Assembly: GCA_963664635.1 (NCBI GenBank)
Contig: OY761542.1
Span: 2,644,112 to 2,708,111, forward strand
Direction: 5' to 3'
From: Pseudomonadales bacterium
GTDB taxonomy: Bacteria; Pseudomonadota; Gammaproteobacteria; Pseudomonadales; Azotimanducaceae
DNA: 64,000 bases
The notes under the pieces were generated by a model. It saw nothing but the letters and a program-made list of their open reading frames with translations. It searched no databases and was not told the origin of the DNA. Each line of letters opens with the position of its first letter. Position 1 is the stretch's first letter. Shown piece by piece: positions 24,564 to 34,179 of this stretch. Position numbers and translations under genes: made by a program.

Positions 24564-24706
24564 CCTGCCTCCCCGGGAGTCCCGGACGAAGCTCGCCACC
24601 TTGCCTAGAAAGGGGGGGTATGACAAGGTGCCGGGTTTTCCGCCGTGGCCAGCCGGGGGGCGCGGGAGCGGCGGCGTGTTCGGGGAAACGGAGGAAGAGC
24701 GGCGCG

Positions 24707-25567
24707 ATGTTGCCTGAACGGCTGACCGGCGGTTACGGCCTGATCGAGGGGCCGGTGTGGGACGACGACAGGGGCCTGCTCTACAGCGACGTGGTCTTCG
24801 GGGGCGTGTTCGCCCTCGGCCCCGACGGCACGGTGTCAACGGTCTTCGAGCACCGGCGCGGGATTGGCGGGATGGCGCGGCACGCGGCCGGCGGCATGGT
24901 CGTCAGCGGCCGCAACATCTCCTACAAGGGTTTCGACGGCAGCGCGACCGTGACGCTCCTCGACCGGGACCCGGACCACGGCAACGTGGGATACAACGAC
25001 ATCACGACGGACGCCGAGGGGCGCGTGTATGCAGGCTCGCTGGGGGCGGACCCGATATTCGGGGACGAGAGCGACCCCGGCGCCGGCGACCTGTACCTGA
25101 TCGATCTCGACGGTTCCGCCCGCATGGTCGGCCGGGACGTGCAGCTCACCAACGGCCTCGGCTTTTCGCCGGACGGCCGACGCCTCTATCACTCGGACTC
25201 CCGCCGCCAGGCGGTGTTCGCTTATCCGGTGCTGGACGGCGGCGACCTCGGCGAGAAGACGCTTTTCGTGCGTACGGAGCGCGGCTCCCCTGACGGGCTC
25301 GTCGTGTCGGAGGACGGCGCCGTGTGGGTGGCCCTCGCCGGCGGCAGCGCGGTCGGGGTCTACGAACCGGACGGGAGCGTCCGGGAGTACGTCGAGATTC
25401 CCCAGCCGATGTGTACCAGCGTGTGTTTCGGCGGCGGCGACCTGCGTGATCTGTACATCGTCTCCGGGTCGGCCGGCGGCGCGACGGAGCGCGAGGGCGC
25501 CGTCTACCGTCACCGGACCGACGTGGCCGGGTTGCCCGTGCCGCCGGCGCGCGTGCCGATTCCCTGA
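24707..25567 (+). CDS. SMP-30/gluconolactonase/LRE-family protein
   Basis: GLIEGPVWDDDRGLLYSDV, NDITTDAEGRVYAGS, LTNGLGFSPDGRRLYHSDS and GSPDGLVVSEDGAVWVA. Start at ATG 24707 after GGAGGAAG. Confidence 0.85.
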   Translation: MLPERLTGGYGLIEGPVWDDDRGLLYSDVVFGGVFALGPDGTVSTVFEHRRGIGGMARHAAGGMVVSGRNISYKGFDGSATVTLLDRDPDHGNVGYNDITTDAEGRVYAGSLGADPIFGDESDPGAGDLYLIDLDGSARMVGRDVQLTNGLGFSPDGRRLYHSDSRRQAVFAYPVLDGGDLGEKTLFVRTERGSPDGLVVSEDGAVWVALAGGSAVGVYEPDGSVREYVEIPQPMCTSVCFGGGDLRDLYIVSGSAGGATEREGAVYRHRTDVAGLPVPPARVPIP

Positions 25568-25613
25568 ACCGGAACCGCATTCTTCCCTTGGACAACAGGA
25601 GAGACCACCAACC

Positions 25614-26450
25614 ATGAGCAGAGTCGACATCGACACCGGTACCGAGCACCTGCTTGCGTACGAAGACAACGGCGTGGCCGTGATTACCCTGAACCGCCCC
25701 CAGGCGCGCAACGCCATGTCGAACGAGATGACCGCCGGGCTCGCCGAGGCCCTCGACGTTGCCGAGCAGTCGTCGAGCGTCCGCGCGGTGGTCGTCACCG
25801 GGGCCGGCGGCGCGTTCTGCGCGGGTGGGGACGTGAAGAACATGGCGGCCGGCGGCAGCGGCCCGAGTGCCGGCAACGAGCCGTCCCTCGACGAGCGCAT
25901 CCACGCCCAGCGGCTTTCGCAGCGCAACACGGCGGGGCGCATGTACCTGATGCCGAAGCCGGTCATCGCCATGCTGCCCGGCCCGGCGGCCGGCGCGGGC
26001 CTCGCCATCGCATTGGCCGCCGACCTGCGCACCATGGCCGACACGGCCTTCATCACGACCGCGTTCGCGCGCGTGGGCTTCAGCGGCGACTATGGCGGCA
26101 CGTATTTCCTGTCGCACCTGGTCGGCTCCGCCAAGGCCCGCGAGATGTACTACCTGTCCGACCGCGTAGGCGCGGAGGAGTGCCGGCAGCTCGGCATCGC
26201 GAACTACGTGTTCCCCGCCGCCGAGCTGGAGGAGCAGACGCTCGCGGTGGCCCGCCGCCTGGCGGACGGCCCGCCCATCGCGTACCGCTACATGAAGGAA
26301 AACCTGAACCGGGCGGCCATGGGCGCGGACGTGATCGAGTGCCTCGACCTCGAGGCGACGCACCACGTCCATGCAGGGCTGTCGGAGGACCACCGCGCGG
26401 CCGCGGCGGCCTTCGTCAACAAGGAGCAGCCCGTCTTCAAAGGGCGCTGA
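25614..26450 (+). CDS. enoyl-CoA hydratase/isomerase family protein
   Basis: VAVITLNRPQARNAMS, VVVTGAGGAFCAGGDVK, PVIAMLPGPAAGAGLAIALAADLR. Confidence 0.9.
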   Translation: MSRVDIDTGTEHLLAYEDNGVAVITLNRPQARNAMSNEMTAGLAEALDVAEQSSSVRAVVVTGAGGAFCAGGDVKNMAAGGSGPSAGNEPSLDERIHAQRLSQRNTAGRMYLMPKPVIAMLPGPAAGAGLAIALAADLRTMADTAFITTAFARVGFSGDYGGTYFLSHLVGSAKAREMYYLSDRVGAEECRQLGIANYVFPAAELEEQTLAVARRLADGPPIAYRYMKENLNRAAMGADVIECLDLEATHHVHAGLSEDHRAAAAAFVNKEQPVFKGR

Positions 26451-26501
26451 GTCCGGTGGGTCGGCGCGCGGCCCGGGGAATCTCCGGGCCGTGCGCGCGC
26501 C

Positions 26502-27284
26502 TCAGGCGGCGGGCTCGTCCTCGGGTCCGTCGCCAACCACGGCCAGCCGCTGCAGGGTGTCCATGATGTTCATGGGCAGCGGGAACACGATCGTGGACGA
26601 CTTCTCGCCGGCGATCTCGGTCAACGTCTGCAGGTAGCGGAGCTGCATCGAGGTCGGCTGGCCCGCAAGGCGCTCGGCGGCCTGCACGAGGCGTTCCGCG
26701 GCCTGGTATTCGCCGTCGGCGTGGATGATCTTCGCGCGCCGCTCGCGTTCGGCCTCCGCCTGCTTGGCGATGGCGCGGATCATGCTCTCGTCGATGTCGA
26801 CGTGCTTGATCTCGACGTTCGCGACCTTGATGCCCCACTGGTCGGTCTGCTGGTCGAGGATCGTCTGGATGTCGGCGTTCAGCTTCTCGCGCTCGGCGAG
26901 CAGTTCGTCGAGTTCGTGCTGGCCGAGGACCGAGCGCAGGGTCGTCTGCGCGAGCTGTCCCGTGGCCTGCATGTAGTCCTCGACGTTGATGATGGCCTTC
27001 TGCGAGTCGACGACCCGGAAGTAGAGCACCGCGTTGACCTTGACGGACACGTTGTCCCGGGTGATGAGGTCCTGCGTCGGGATGTCCATCACGATCGTCC
27101 GGAGATCGACCCGGACCATCTGCTGCACGACCGGGATGATGATGATGAGGCCCGGCCCCTTGACCCGGTAGAAGCGTCCGAGCATGAAGACGACGCCGCG
27201 CTCGTACTCGCGCAGGACGCGCAACGCGCTCGCGAGGATCGCCAGGACGATGCCGATGACGACGATGGTGAATATTTCGGTCAT
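26502..27284 (-). CDS. SPFH/band-7 (stomatin-like, slipin) protein
   Basis: N-terminal TM helix then [25 protein letters not shown]....VRVDLR. C-terminal coiled coil. Confidence 0.9.
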   Translation of the reverse strand: MTEIFTIVVIGIVLAILASALRVLREYERGVVFMLGRFYRVKGPGLIIIIPVVQQMVRVDLRTIVMDIPTQDLITRDNVSVKVNAVLYFRVVDSQKAIINVEDYMQATGQLAQTTLRSVLGQHELDELLAEREKLNADIQTILDQQTDQWGIKVANVEIKHVDIDESMIRAIAKQAEAERERRAKIIHADGEYQAAERLVQAAERLAGQPTSMQLRYLQTLTEIAGEKSSTIVFPLPMNIMDTLQRLAVVGDGPEDEPAA

Positions 27285-27317
27285 GTTGGTTCCGTTTTTC
27301 GTTGATGCTGGCCGGCG

Positions 27318-28727
27318 TTAGCCGGCGTCTTCCTTCGGCTCGACGTCGAGATCGAGCCCGTCCCGGCTCGTCACGGTCAACACCGCGCCCTTGGCGACGG
27401 GCCGTTCGCTCCTGGCTCGCCAGACTTCGCCGGCGGCCCGCACGCTGCCTGCGCCCTCGAAATCGTCCAGTGCCACGGCTTCCGCTCCGATGAGGGCCTC
27501 GCCGCCGCTGACGACGGGGCTCTGGCGCGCCCGGATGGCGGCCCCCACCACGAAGACCACCAGGCCGGCCGTGCTGGCGGTGACGGCCAGGATGATCGGA
27601 ATGGACACACGGTAGCCGGGCAGGTCGGTGTCGAACAGGATGACCGAGCCGATCAGGAAGGCGATCACGCCGCCGGTGCCCAGTACGCCGAAGCTCGGTG
27701 TGAACGCCTCCGCCGCGAGCAACGCGAGTCCGACGATGACGAGGGCCAGGCCCGCGTAGTTCACGGGCAGCATCTGCAGCGCGTAGGCGCCGAGCAGCAG
27801 GCAGATGATTCCCGCCACGCCGCCGACGCCGGTGCCGGGGTTGTAAAACTCGAAGATGAGGCCGTAGACGCCGATCATAAGGAGGAGGTAGGCGACGTTC
27901 GGGTCGGCTATGAGTCCGAGCAGTTCGTAGCGCCAGTCCGGCTCGACGCGTTCGATGCGGTTGTCGGAGGTGTCGAGCGTCACCGCGCCGCCCTCCACGT
28001 CGATGGTCTCGCCGTCGAGCGCCGCGAGCAGTTCGTCGAGATCTTCGACCACCAGGTCGATGACGTTCTGGTCGAGGGCGTCCCGCGCCGGCAGGTTGGA
28101 GGCGTCGCGGACGGTCTGTTCCGCCCACTCGACGTTGCGGCCCCGCAGTTCGGCGATGCCGCGGATGTAGGCCACCGCGTCGTTGACCACCTTGCGCTCC
28201 ATCGCCGTGCCCGGCTTGGCAGGGGGGGCCTCGCCGGGCTCTTCCCCCTCCGCCGCGGGTTCCTCGGCGGCCGGCTCTTCGGCGGGCTGCGGCGCCTGGG
28301 GGAGTGGCAAGGGACTCCCGCCCCCGATGCTGACCGGGGTGGACGAACCGATGTTGGTCGCCGGAGCCATGGCCGCGACGTGACTGGCGTACATGATGTA
28401 CGTGCCGGCGCTCGCCGCGCGGGCGCCGTTCGGGGAGACGTAGGTGGCCACGGGCACGCGGGAGGCCAGCAGCACCTTGATCATGTCGCGCATGGACTTG
28501 TCGAGTCCGCCGGGCGTGTCGAGCCGCAGGACGACCAGGTCCACGTCGGCGTCCTCGGCGTCCTCGAGGGAACGGATGAAGTAGTCGGCGGAGGCCGGGC
28601 CGATCGCGCCGTCGATCTCCAGCACCCATACCTTGGCCGCCGCCGCGTGCTGGGAGAAGCAGACGGCGCCGAGCAGGGCGCCGGCGAAGAGCAGGGCGCG
28701 TCGGTGCAACGGGGTGTTTCTGACCAT
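27318..28727 (-). CDS. NfeD-family membrane-bound ClpP-class serine protease
   Basis: 469 aa from MVRNTPLHRR. Motifs: VLEIDGAIGPASADY, LRLDTPGG, GARAASAGTYI. TM block and C-terminal OB (NfeD) domain. The classic NfeD-SPFH operon. The upstream part of ORF 27318..29969 was rejected. Confidence 0.9.
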   Translation of the reverse strand: MVRNTPLHRRALLFAGALLGAVCFSQHAAAAKVWVLEIDGAIGPASADYFIRSLEDAEDADVDLVVLRLDTPGGLDKSMRDMIKVLLASRVPVATYVSPNGARAASAGTYIMYASHVAAMAPATNIGSSTPVSIGGGSPLPLPQAPQPAEEPAAEEPAAEGEEPGEAPPAKPGTAMERKVVNDAVAYIRGIAELRGRNVEWAEQTVRDASNLPARDALDQNVIDLVVEDLDELLAALDGETIDVEGGAVTLDTSDNRIERVEPDWRYELLGLIADPNVAYLLLMIGVYGLIFEFYNPGTGVGGVAGIICLLLGAYALQMLPVNYAGLALVIVGLALLAAEAFTPSFGVLGTGGVIAFLIGSVILFDTDLPGYRVSIPIILAVTASTAGLVVFVVGAAIRARQSPVVSGGEALIGAEAVALDDFEGAGSVRAAGEVWRARSERPVAKGAVLTVTSRDGLDLDVEPKEDAG

Positions 28728-28807
28728 TCCAGCGGCCTCGGGGCTTGGGCTGATCGGGGCGGCGATACCACCGCGGCGACGCACGGAATTCGCACGCATG
28801 CGCCTAT

Positions 28808-28839
28808 TCTGACATAGATTGCGTCTGACATAGATTGCG
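28808..28839. repeat. perfect 16-bp tandem duplication TCTGACATAGATTGCG x2 upstream of nfeD
   Basis: Copies at 28808-28823 and 28824-28839. They are flanked by CGCATGCG-type palindromes (28795-28802 and 28837-28850). Confidence 0.9.
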
Positions 28840-28870
28840 CGCATGCGCGCGCCGAGATGCGTTCCCGCGG

Positions 28871-29854
28871 CTACGGGGCCGGGACGTGAAGGTCGCGCTC
28901 GGCCAGCCACTCCGGGTTGAACAGGCGGGACCGGTACTTGCTGCCGTCGTCGCAGAGCATCGTGACGATCGTGTGTCCGGGCCCGAGTTCCCTGGCGACC
29001 CGCACGGCGCCGCAGAGGTTGATGCCCGTGCTGGACCCGAAGAACCAGCCGGCGTTGCGCAGTTGGCCGTACACCATGTCGATCATGTCCTGGTCGGACA
29101 CCTGCAGCGCCCAGTCGATCTCCGCGCCGGCGAGGTTGTCGGTCACCCGCGAGTTGCCGATGCCCTCGGTGATCGACGGGCCCGGCGTCATCTTCGCCTC
29201 GCCGGTCGTGACGTAGTTGTAGAGCGCGCTGCCCATGCAGTCCGACAGCACGAGCCGTATGTCCGGGCTGCGTTCCTTGAGGTACCGGGAGACGCCGGCC
29301 AGCGTGCCGCCGGTGCCGACGGCGCTGACGAACGCGTCGACCTTGCCCCCGGTCTGCTCCCACACTTCGGGGCCGGTGGACTCGTAGTGGGCGAGGCGGT
29401 TCGCGGTGTTGTCGAACTGGTTCGCCCAGACGGCGCCGTCGATCGAATCGGCGTAGCGGCCGGCCTGCTTCTGGTAGTTCATCTCGTTGGCATACGGCAC
29501 CGTGGGGACGACGCGCACCTCCGCGCCGAGCGTGCGCAGGATCTCCACCTTCTCGGGGGACTGGTTGTCCGGCATGTAGATGACGCAGCCGTAGCCGCGG
29601 GCGTTGCAGATGTGCGCGATCCCGATCCCGGTGTTGCCGGCCGTGCCCTCGACCACCGTGCCGCCCGGCTGCAGCGCACCGCTCTTCTCGTGCTCGCGGA
29701 TGATCCACCACGCGGCGCGGTCCTTGACGGAGCCCCCGGGGCTCATGAATTCCGCCTTGCCGAGAATCTCGCAGCCGGTCTGCTCGGAAAGGTCGGTGAG
29801 GCGAATGAGCGGGGTATTGCCGACCGCTGCCACGAAACCGTCCCGAGTGTCCAT
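28871..29854 (-). CDS. PLP-dependent cysteine synthase family protein (CysK/CBS-like)
   Basis: 327 aa from MDTRDGF. Motifs: GNTPLIRL, NPGGSVKDR-like (SPGGSVKDRAA), GTAGNTGIG, GTGGTLAG. Confidence 0.9.
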   Translation of the reverse strand: MDTRDGFVAAVGNTPLIRLTDLSEQTGCEILGKAEFMSPGGSVKDRAAWWIIREHEKSGALQPGGTVVEGTAGNTGIGIAHICNARGYGCVIYMPDNQSPEKVEILRTLGAEVRVVPTVPYANEMNYQKQAGRYADSIDGAVWANQFDNTANRLAHYESTGPEVWEQTGGKVDAFVSAVGTGGTLAGVSRYLKERSPDIRLVLSDCMGSALYNYVTTGEAKMTPGPSITEGIGNSRVTDNLAGAEIDWALQVSDQDMIDMVYGQLRNAGWFFGSSTGINLCGAVRVARELGPGHTIVTMLCDDGSKYRSRLFNPEWLAERDLHVPAP

Positions 29855-29971
29855 GCCGTTCCCCTTGCCGCGCGGCGCGACATTGTACCGACGGCATTGG
29901 GCGGTTTGCATTTTCAGCGCAGACGCTTTCCTGATAGGTTGGCGGCAAGGAACGGACCAGGGGGGACACAG

Positions 29972-31126
29972 ATGCCGAACCGCAAGACCGTGGTGGACCC
30001 AGGGGCCATCGGGCTGGAGCCCGAACGCATCGATGCGCTCAGGCAACGGGTCCGGCAGGAAGTGGACGAGGGACTGCTTCCGTCGGCACAGATCGCCGTG
30101 GCGCGGGAAGGGCGCCTGGGCCTCTTCGAGACCTTTGGGGACGCGGACAACGACACGCTCTACTGCGTGTTTTCGTCCACGAAGGCGATCACGTCGGCGG
30201 CCGGGTGGCTGTTGATCCAGGACGGCTTGCTGGACCTCGGCGAGCGAGTGGCGGACATCGTCCCGGAGTTCGGATCGAACGGGAAGGACGTCATCACCGT
30301 GGAGCAGCTCTTTCTGCATACCGGCGGCTTCCCGCACGCTCCGTTCCGGCCGCTCGACTGGGAAGACCCGGCCCGGCGCCTCGAGCGCTTTCGCCAGTGG
30401 CGCCTCACCTGGCCGCCCGGATCGCGCTTCGAGTACCACCCGACCTCCAGCATGTGGGTGATCGCGGAGATCGTGGAGCGTCGCAGCGCGCGCGAGTTCC
30501 GCGAATTCGTCCGCGAACGCATCGCCCTGCCGCTGGGGCTGCCCGAGCTCTTCGTCGGATTGCCCGACGACCGGAACGGCCGGGTGGCGGAATGCATGCA
30601 CGCGGGCGCGGCGTTGACGAGCGAAGACTACGCGCGCCTCGGCCTGCCGGAGCCGCCGGTCACGGAGGTCACGGAAGACGCCATCCTCAGCTTCAACCGC
30701 CCGGAGATCCGCGCCGTCGGCGTGCCCGGCGGCGGCGCCGTCACGTCCGCGGCGGAGCTGGCGCTTTTCTACCAGGGACTGCTGCATGGCGGGGCCGGGG
30801 AACACCGGGTGTGGACCGACGAGACGCTGGCGATGGCGCTCACCGTGCGTAGCGGCGAGCTGACGGATGCGATGTACGGCAAGCGCGTCCACCGGGCGCT
30901 GGGCGTCGTGGTGGCGGGGGACGAGGACAGGAACTACCGGGGTTTCGGGCACACCAATTCCGAGGTCGCCTTCGGGCACGGGGGCGCCGGCGGCCAGATC
31001 GCCTGGGCGGATCCGGCGACCGGCATTTCCGTCGGCTATTGCACCAACGGCCACGACCGCAACCCGGTGCGCTCGGGCCGGCGCGGCGTCAGCATCTCGA
31101 GCCGCGCGGCCGTCTGCGCCGCCTGA
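29972..31126 (+). CDS. serine hydrolase (beta-lactamase/esterase class C-like family)
   Basis: SxxK motif (FSSTKAITS), YHP.S. and a GHGGAGG-type box. Start at ATG 29972 after a G-rich SD. The 5' part of ORF 28835..31126 was rejected. Confidence 0.85.
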   Translation: MPNRKTVVDPGAIGLEPERIDALRQRVRQEVDEGLLPSAQIAVAREGRLGLFETFGDADNDTLYCVFSSTKAITSAAGWLLIQDGLLDLGERVADIVPEFGSNGKDVITVEQLFLHTGGFPHAPFRPLDWEDPARRLERFRQWRLTWPPGSRFEYHPTSSMWVIAEIVERRSAREFREFVRERIALPLGLPELFVGLPDDRNGRVAECMHAGAALTSEDYARLGLPEPPVTEVTEDAILSFNRPEIRAVGVPGGGAVTSAAELALFYQGLLHGGAGEHRVWTDETLAMALTVRSGELTDAMYGKRVHRALGVVVAGDEDRNYRGFGHTNSEVAFGHGGAGGQIAWADPATGISVGYCTNGHDRNPVRSGRRGVSISSRAAVCAA

Positions 31127-31138
31127 TCGCCGGGGAGC

Positions 31139-32038
31139 GTGGAAGCTACCGACGATCCGTTCGCCTGGGTCTGCATCCGGCATCACCGCGACGCCCGGCA
31201 GGTCAACGACGCCGCCCTGGTCCTGACCGCGGTCGGCATCGACAACTTCACGGAACGCATCCCGGAAGAGGGCGAATGGGGGCTGTTCATCCGGCGGGGC
31301 AACGCCACGGTGGCCGCGGACCAGCTCGAGCGCTACCGCGTGGAGAACCTGCCCCCCAGGATCCGCATCCCCCCGATCATCACCTTCGACAGCGGCTGGG
31401 CGGGCGTGCTCGGTTACCTGTGCATCCTGTGGGCGCTGCCGGCCCTCGAGGCCTGGGACTGGTTCGGGATGGACTGGCGCGGCGCGGGGCGCATGGAGGC
31501 GGCGCTCGTCCGGGACGGCGAGTGGTGGCGGACGATCACGGCGCTCACGCTGCACGGCGACTTGGCGCACATCCTCGGGAACTCGCTGTTCGGGGCGGTC
31601 TTCGGGCTCATGGCCGGGCGCTATCTCGGATCGGGCCTGTGCTGGCTGCTCGTGTTGCTCGCCGGCGCCGCCGGAAACGGCGTGAACGCGTGGCTGCGGC
31701 CGGACGGCTTCGCCTCCCTCGGCGCATCGACCGCGACGTTCGCCTGCGTGGGACTCACCTCCGCGTTCATCTGGCGCCGCGGCTACTTCCGCGGCCGCGG
31801 CTGGCGGCGCGGCTTCGCGCCGATCGTGGCCGGACTGGCGATGCTCGCCTTCACGGGCATGGGCGGGGCGAACACCGACGTCCTTGCGCACGTCGCCGGC
31901 TTCGCATGCGGAGTGGGCGCCGGCGTCCTCATCGCGCCGTTCGACATCCGCCGGCTCGGGCGCTCGGGGCAGCACCTCGCGGGCGCCGTCGCGGCGGTGC
32001 TGATTGCGCTTGCGTGGGTGTTTGCAGGTGAGCCCTAG
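31139..32038 (+). CDS. rhomboid-family intramembrane serine protease
   Basis: WWRTITALTLHGDLAHILGN, GASTATFACVG (catalytic Ser) and AHVAGFACGVGAG (catalytic His). N-terminal cytoplasmic domain. GTG start is uncertain. Confidence 0.8.
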   Translation: MEATDDPFAWVCIRHHRDARQVNDAALVLTAVGIDNFTERIPEEGEWGLFIRRGNATVAADQLERYRVENLPPRIRIPPIITFDSGWAGVLGYLCILWALPALEAWDWFGMDWRGAGRMEAALVRDGEWWRTITALTLHGDLAHILGNSLFGAVFGLMAGRYLGSGLCWLLVLLAGAAGNGVNAWLRPDGFASLGASTATFACVGLTSAFIWRRGYFRGRGWRRGFAPIVAGLAMLAFTGMGGANTDVLAHVAGFACGVGAGVLIAPFDIRRLGRSGQHLAGAVAAVLIALAWVFAGEP

Positions 32039-32089
32039 CGCGACCTGACGGTCGCGTTGGAAGTTTCGCTGTGGCGCGAAACTTCTACG
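32036..32089 (+). repeat. REP-like double-hairpin element, copy B (abuts the stop codon of the rhomboid gene)
   Basis: TAGCGCGACCTGACGGTCGCGTTGGAAGTTTCGCTGTGGCGCGAAACTTCTACG. The first 25 nt, including the TAG, are identical to copy A. The second stem carries a compensated A-T versus G-C change. Confidence 0.9.
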
Positions 32090-32230
32090 GCGCGAGCTCC
32101 TGGAATCTCTCCGTTCGGACGAGCAAGCCCGCCCTACCGGGTCACTGCCGGTCCCCGGGCGGGGCAGCGCACGTAGCGTTCCGTGCTACGGTAACGGCGC
32201 GGGTGGTCGCCGGGCTGACGGAGACGCGGC

Positions 32231-33412
32231 GTGGGATTGAACAGAATTCGCATCCAGAATTACCGTGCGCTGGCGGATGTCGAGTTGGCAGTGCGGCCAA
32301 TCAACGTGTTGTTCGGACCCAACGGATCGGGAAAGTCAACGCTACTCGATACCCTGTATTTCTTCCGGGATTGTGCCATCCGGGGCGTGGAGGTCGCGTC
32401 GTCGGAAAGGGATCATGGCATAGGACTCCTTTGGGACGGGGCCACCAACGGGGATCGCATCTCCGTGGAACTCGACGGCAGCGGCGTCACCTATGGCCTG
32501 TCGTTCTCGCTGGCGGCGGGCAGGATCGACCCGTTTCCCGGCGAGCGGCTCTTCTCCAAGGGGCGCAACCTGACGCTAATTGATCGTCGGTCCGGCGCCG
32601 ACACCGCGTCGCTGTTCCATGCCCAAGTGGATGAGACGCTCGAGCTCCCGTTGCGCGACCCGGACAAGCTGAGTCTTGGGGTGTTCCTGGACTTCAACCA
32701 CGGCGATTCCGAAGCGGGACATCTGGATCGCTTGCTGCACTTCGTCCGGCTGTACCACTCTCGCTCCTTCCGCCTCCATGTCCTCAAGCGCACCGGTTCC
32801 GAAAGTAGTCACCAGACCAGGCTTTGGGATTTGGGCGACAACGCTTGGTCAGTCCTGCGGAATGTTCAGGACAAGCGCAACGTCGACGCCAGATACAAGA
32901 CGATCATGGCGTACATGACCGAAGCGTTCCCGGCGCTCGACGACATCGTGCTCGAACAAACCGGACCGTCGTCGGTCTATGCGAGTTTTGTGGAGAAAGG
33001 CAGACGGGAAGCCATCCTCGCTTCGGGCGCATCGGACGGAGTTTTGCAGTTGCTCCTCTTGCTCATTGCGCTCTTCTCCGAGGGCGATCGAGACGCGGTA
33101 TTGCTGTTCGACGAGCCCGAGGTCTCTCTGCACCCCTGGGCGATTGCCGTGTTGGCGCGGGCGGTGAAGTGTGCCGCGGCGGGCTGGGGTAAACAGATCT
33201 TTGTCGCCACCCACTCGCCCGTGCTGATCAGCCAGTTCGAGCCTGATGACATTCTGGTCTCCAGCATGGAGCCGAGCGGCGCCCGGTTCGAGCGCGTTTC
33301 GGAAGTTGAGAACTTGGCGGACCTCATAGCGGAATACGCGACCGGCGCGCTCTACATGTCCGAGGCGATCGGGCCGCAGAGCTCCGACTCCACTGAAGCG
33401 CCCAAAACGTAG
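32231..33412 (+). CDS. ABC-type AAA ATPase (AAA_21/AAA_15-like, OLD/PARIS AriA-like architecture)
   Basis: IRIQNYRALADVEL....NVLFGPNGSGKSTLLD (Walker A), SDGVLQLLLLL (signature-like), VLLFDEPEVSLHP (Walker B/D-loop), VATHSP (H-loop). GTG start after GGAG. Confidence 0.85.
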   Translation: MGLNRIRIQNYRALADVELAVRPINVLFGPNGSGKSTLLDTLYFFRDCAIRGVEVASSERDHGIGLLWDGATNGDRISVELDGSGVTYGLSFSLAAGRIDPFPGERLFSKGRNLTLIDRRSGADTASLFHAQVDETLELPLRDPDKLSLGVFLDFNHGDSEAGHLDRLLHFVRLYHSRSFRLHVLKRTGSESSHQTRLWDLGDNAWSVLRNVQDKRNVDARYKTIMAYMTEAFPALDDIVLEQTGPSSVYASFVEKGRREAILASGASDGVLQLLLLLIALFSEGDRDAVLLFDEPEVSLHPWAIAVLARAVKCAAAGWGKQIFVATHSPVLISQFEPDDILVSSMEPSGARFERVSEVENLADLIAEYATGALYMSEAIGPQSSDSTEAPKT

Positions 33413-33435
33413 TGGGGTCCGCGGGCAGTGACGAG

Positions 33436-34179
33436 ATGCCGTGGCGATTCCGTCGCGTTGGTCTGATCGTGACGGGCCAGACCGAGGAGCTTTGCTTGCC
33501 TGATCTTTTTCGTCGGCTAACGTCGGAGGGCACATGCTCGTTCACCGTGATCAGACGGGTCGACCAGCGCTCGCCCGTCGAGTCTCCGAAGCGCAAGTTG
33601 CGGATGATCGGTACCGGGAAGGTCATTCCGAGCAAAGACGAGGAGCAGATTGGCGCCCCCGCACGGCGGTTCCTGCTGCGGCAAGGAGGCGACTACGTCC
33701 TCCTCATCGACGACCTCGAGGCGGATCGGGCCGCAAGGGTCGATGGCATCTTCCGCAGGTACCGGCTCGCGCTGACCACGATGTTGCCCGCGGAACTCCG
33801 CTCGAAGGTGGCGGTGCACTTCTTCGTCAACATGCTCGAGGCTTACTACTTCGCGGACGCGGCGGCCATCAACAGCGTGCTTGGTACGGAGTTCGAGGAC
33901 TTCACCGGTGACGTGGAGACGATTCAACATCCGAAGAACGAGTTGAAGTCGCTCTATCCCCGATTCGACGAAATGGAGCATGGCGTGGAGATCGTCGGGA
34001 AACTGGACATCGCCCACGTACTTGGGCCCCGAGATGTCTGCGCATCCCTCAGGACGATGTTCACATGGGCCGGCGAGGCCGTCGGCGTGACGGACTGGCT
34101 ACTGGAAGGCCGGCTGTTCGACGCCACGAAAGATCAAATCGAAGCCCTGCGCCAAGCGCTGCACGGAAGCGGGGGGTGA
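33436..34179 (+). CDS. DUF4276-like protein (Toprim-like putative nuclease partner of the ATPase)
   Basis: MPWRFRRVGLIVTGQTEE resembles the EGQTEE start of DUF4276 proteins (recollection). Later YVLLIDDLEAD supplies a DxD-like acidic motif. It starts 24 nt after the ATPase stop; the ORF-track GTG at 33412 is an alternative. Confidence 0.65.
   Translation: MPWRFRRVGLIVTGQTEELCLPDLFRRLTSEGTCSFTVIRRVDQRSPVESPKRKLRMIGTGKVIPSKDEEQIGAPARRFLLRQGGDYVLLIDDLEADRAARVDGIFRRYRLALTTMLPAELRSKVAVHFFVNMLEAYYFADAAAINSVLGTEFEDFTGDVETIQHPKNELKSLYPRFDEMEHGVEIVGKLDIAHVLGPRDVCASLRTMFTWAGEAVGVTDWLLEGRLFDATKDQIEALRQALHGSGG

Noticed and set aside
26437-31975. Very long ORFs 26437..28629 (-), 28835..31126 (+, 5' two-thirds) and 28871..31975 (-, 5' two-thirds)
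   Set aside because: Only the parts corresponding to the SPFH, NfeD, cysteine-synthase-like and serine-hydrolase genes have protein-like sequence, motifs and SD-preceded starts. The rest is open reading frame by GC bias.
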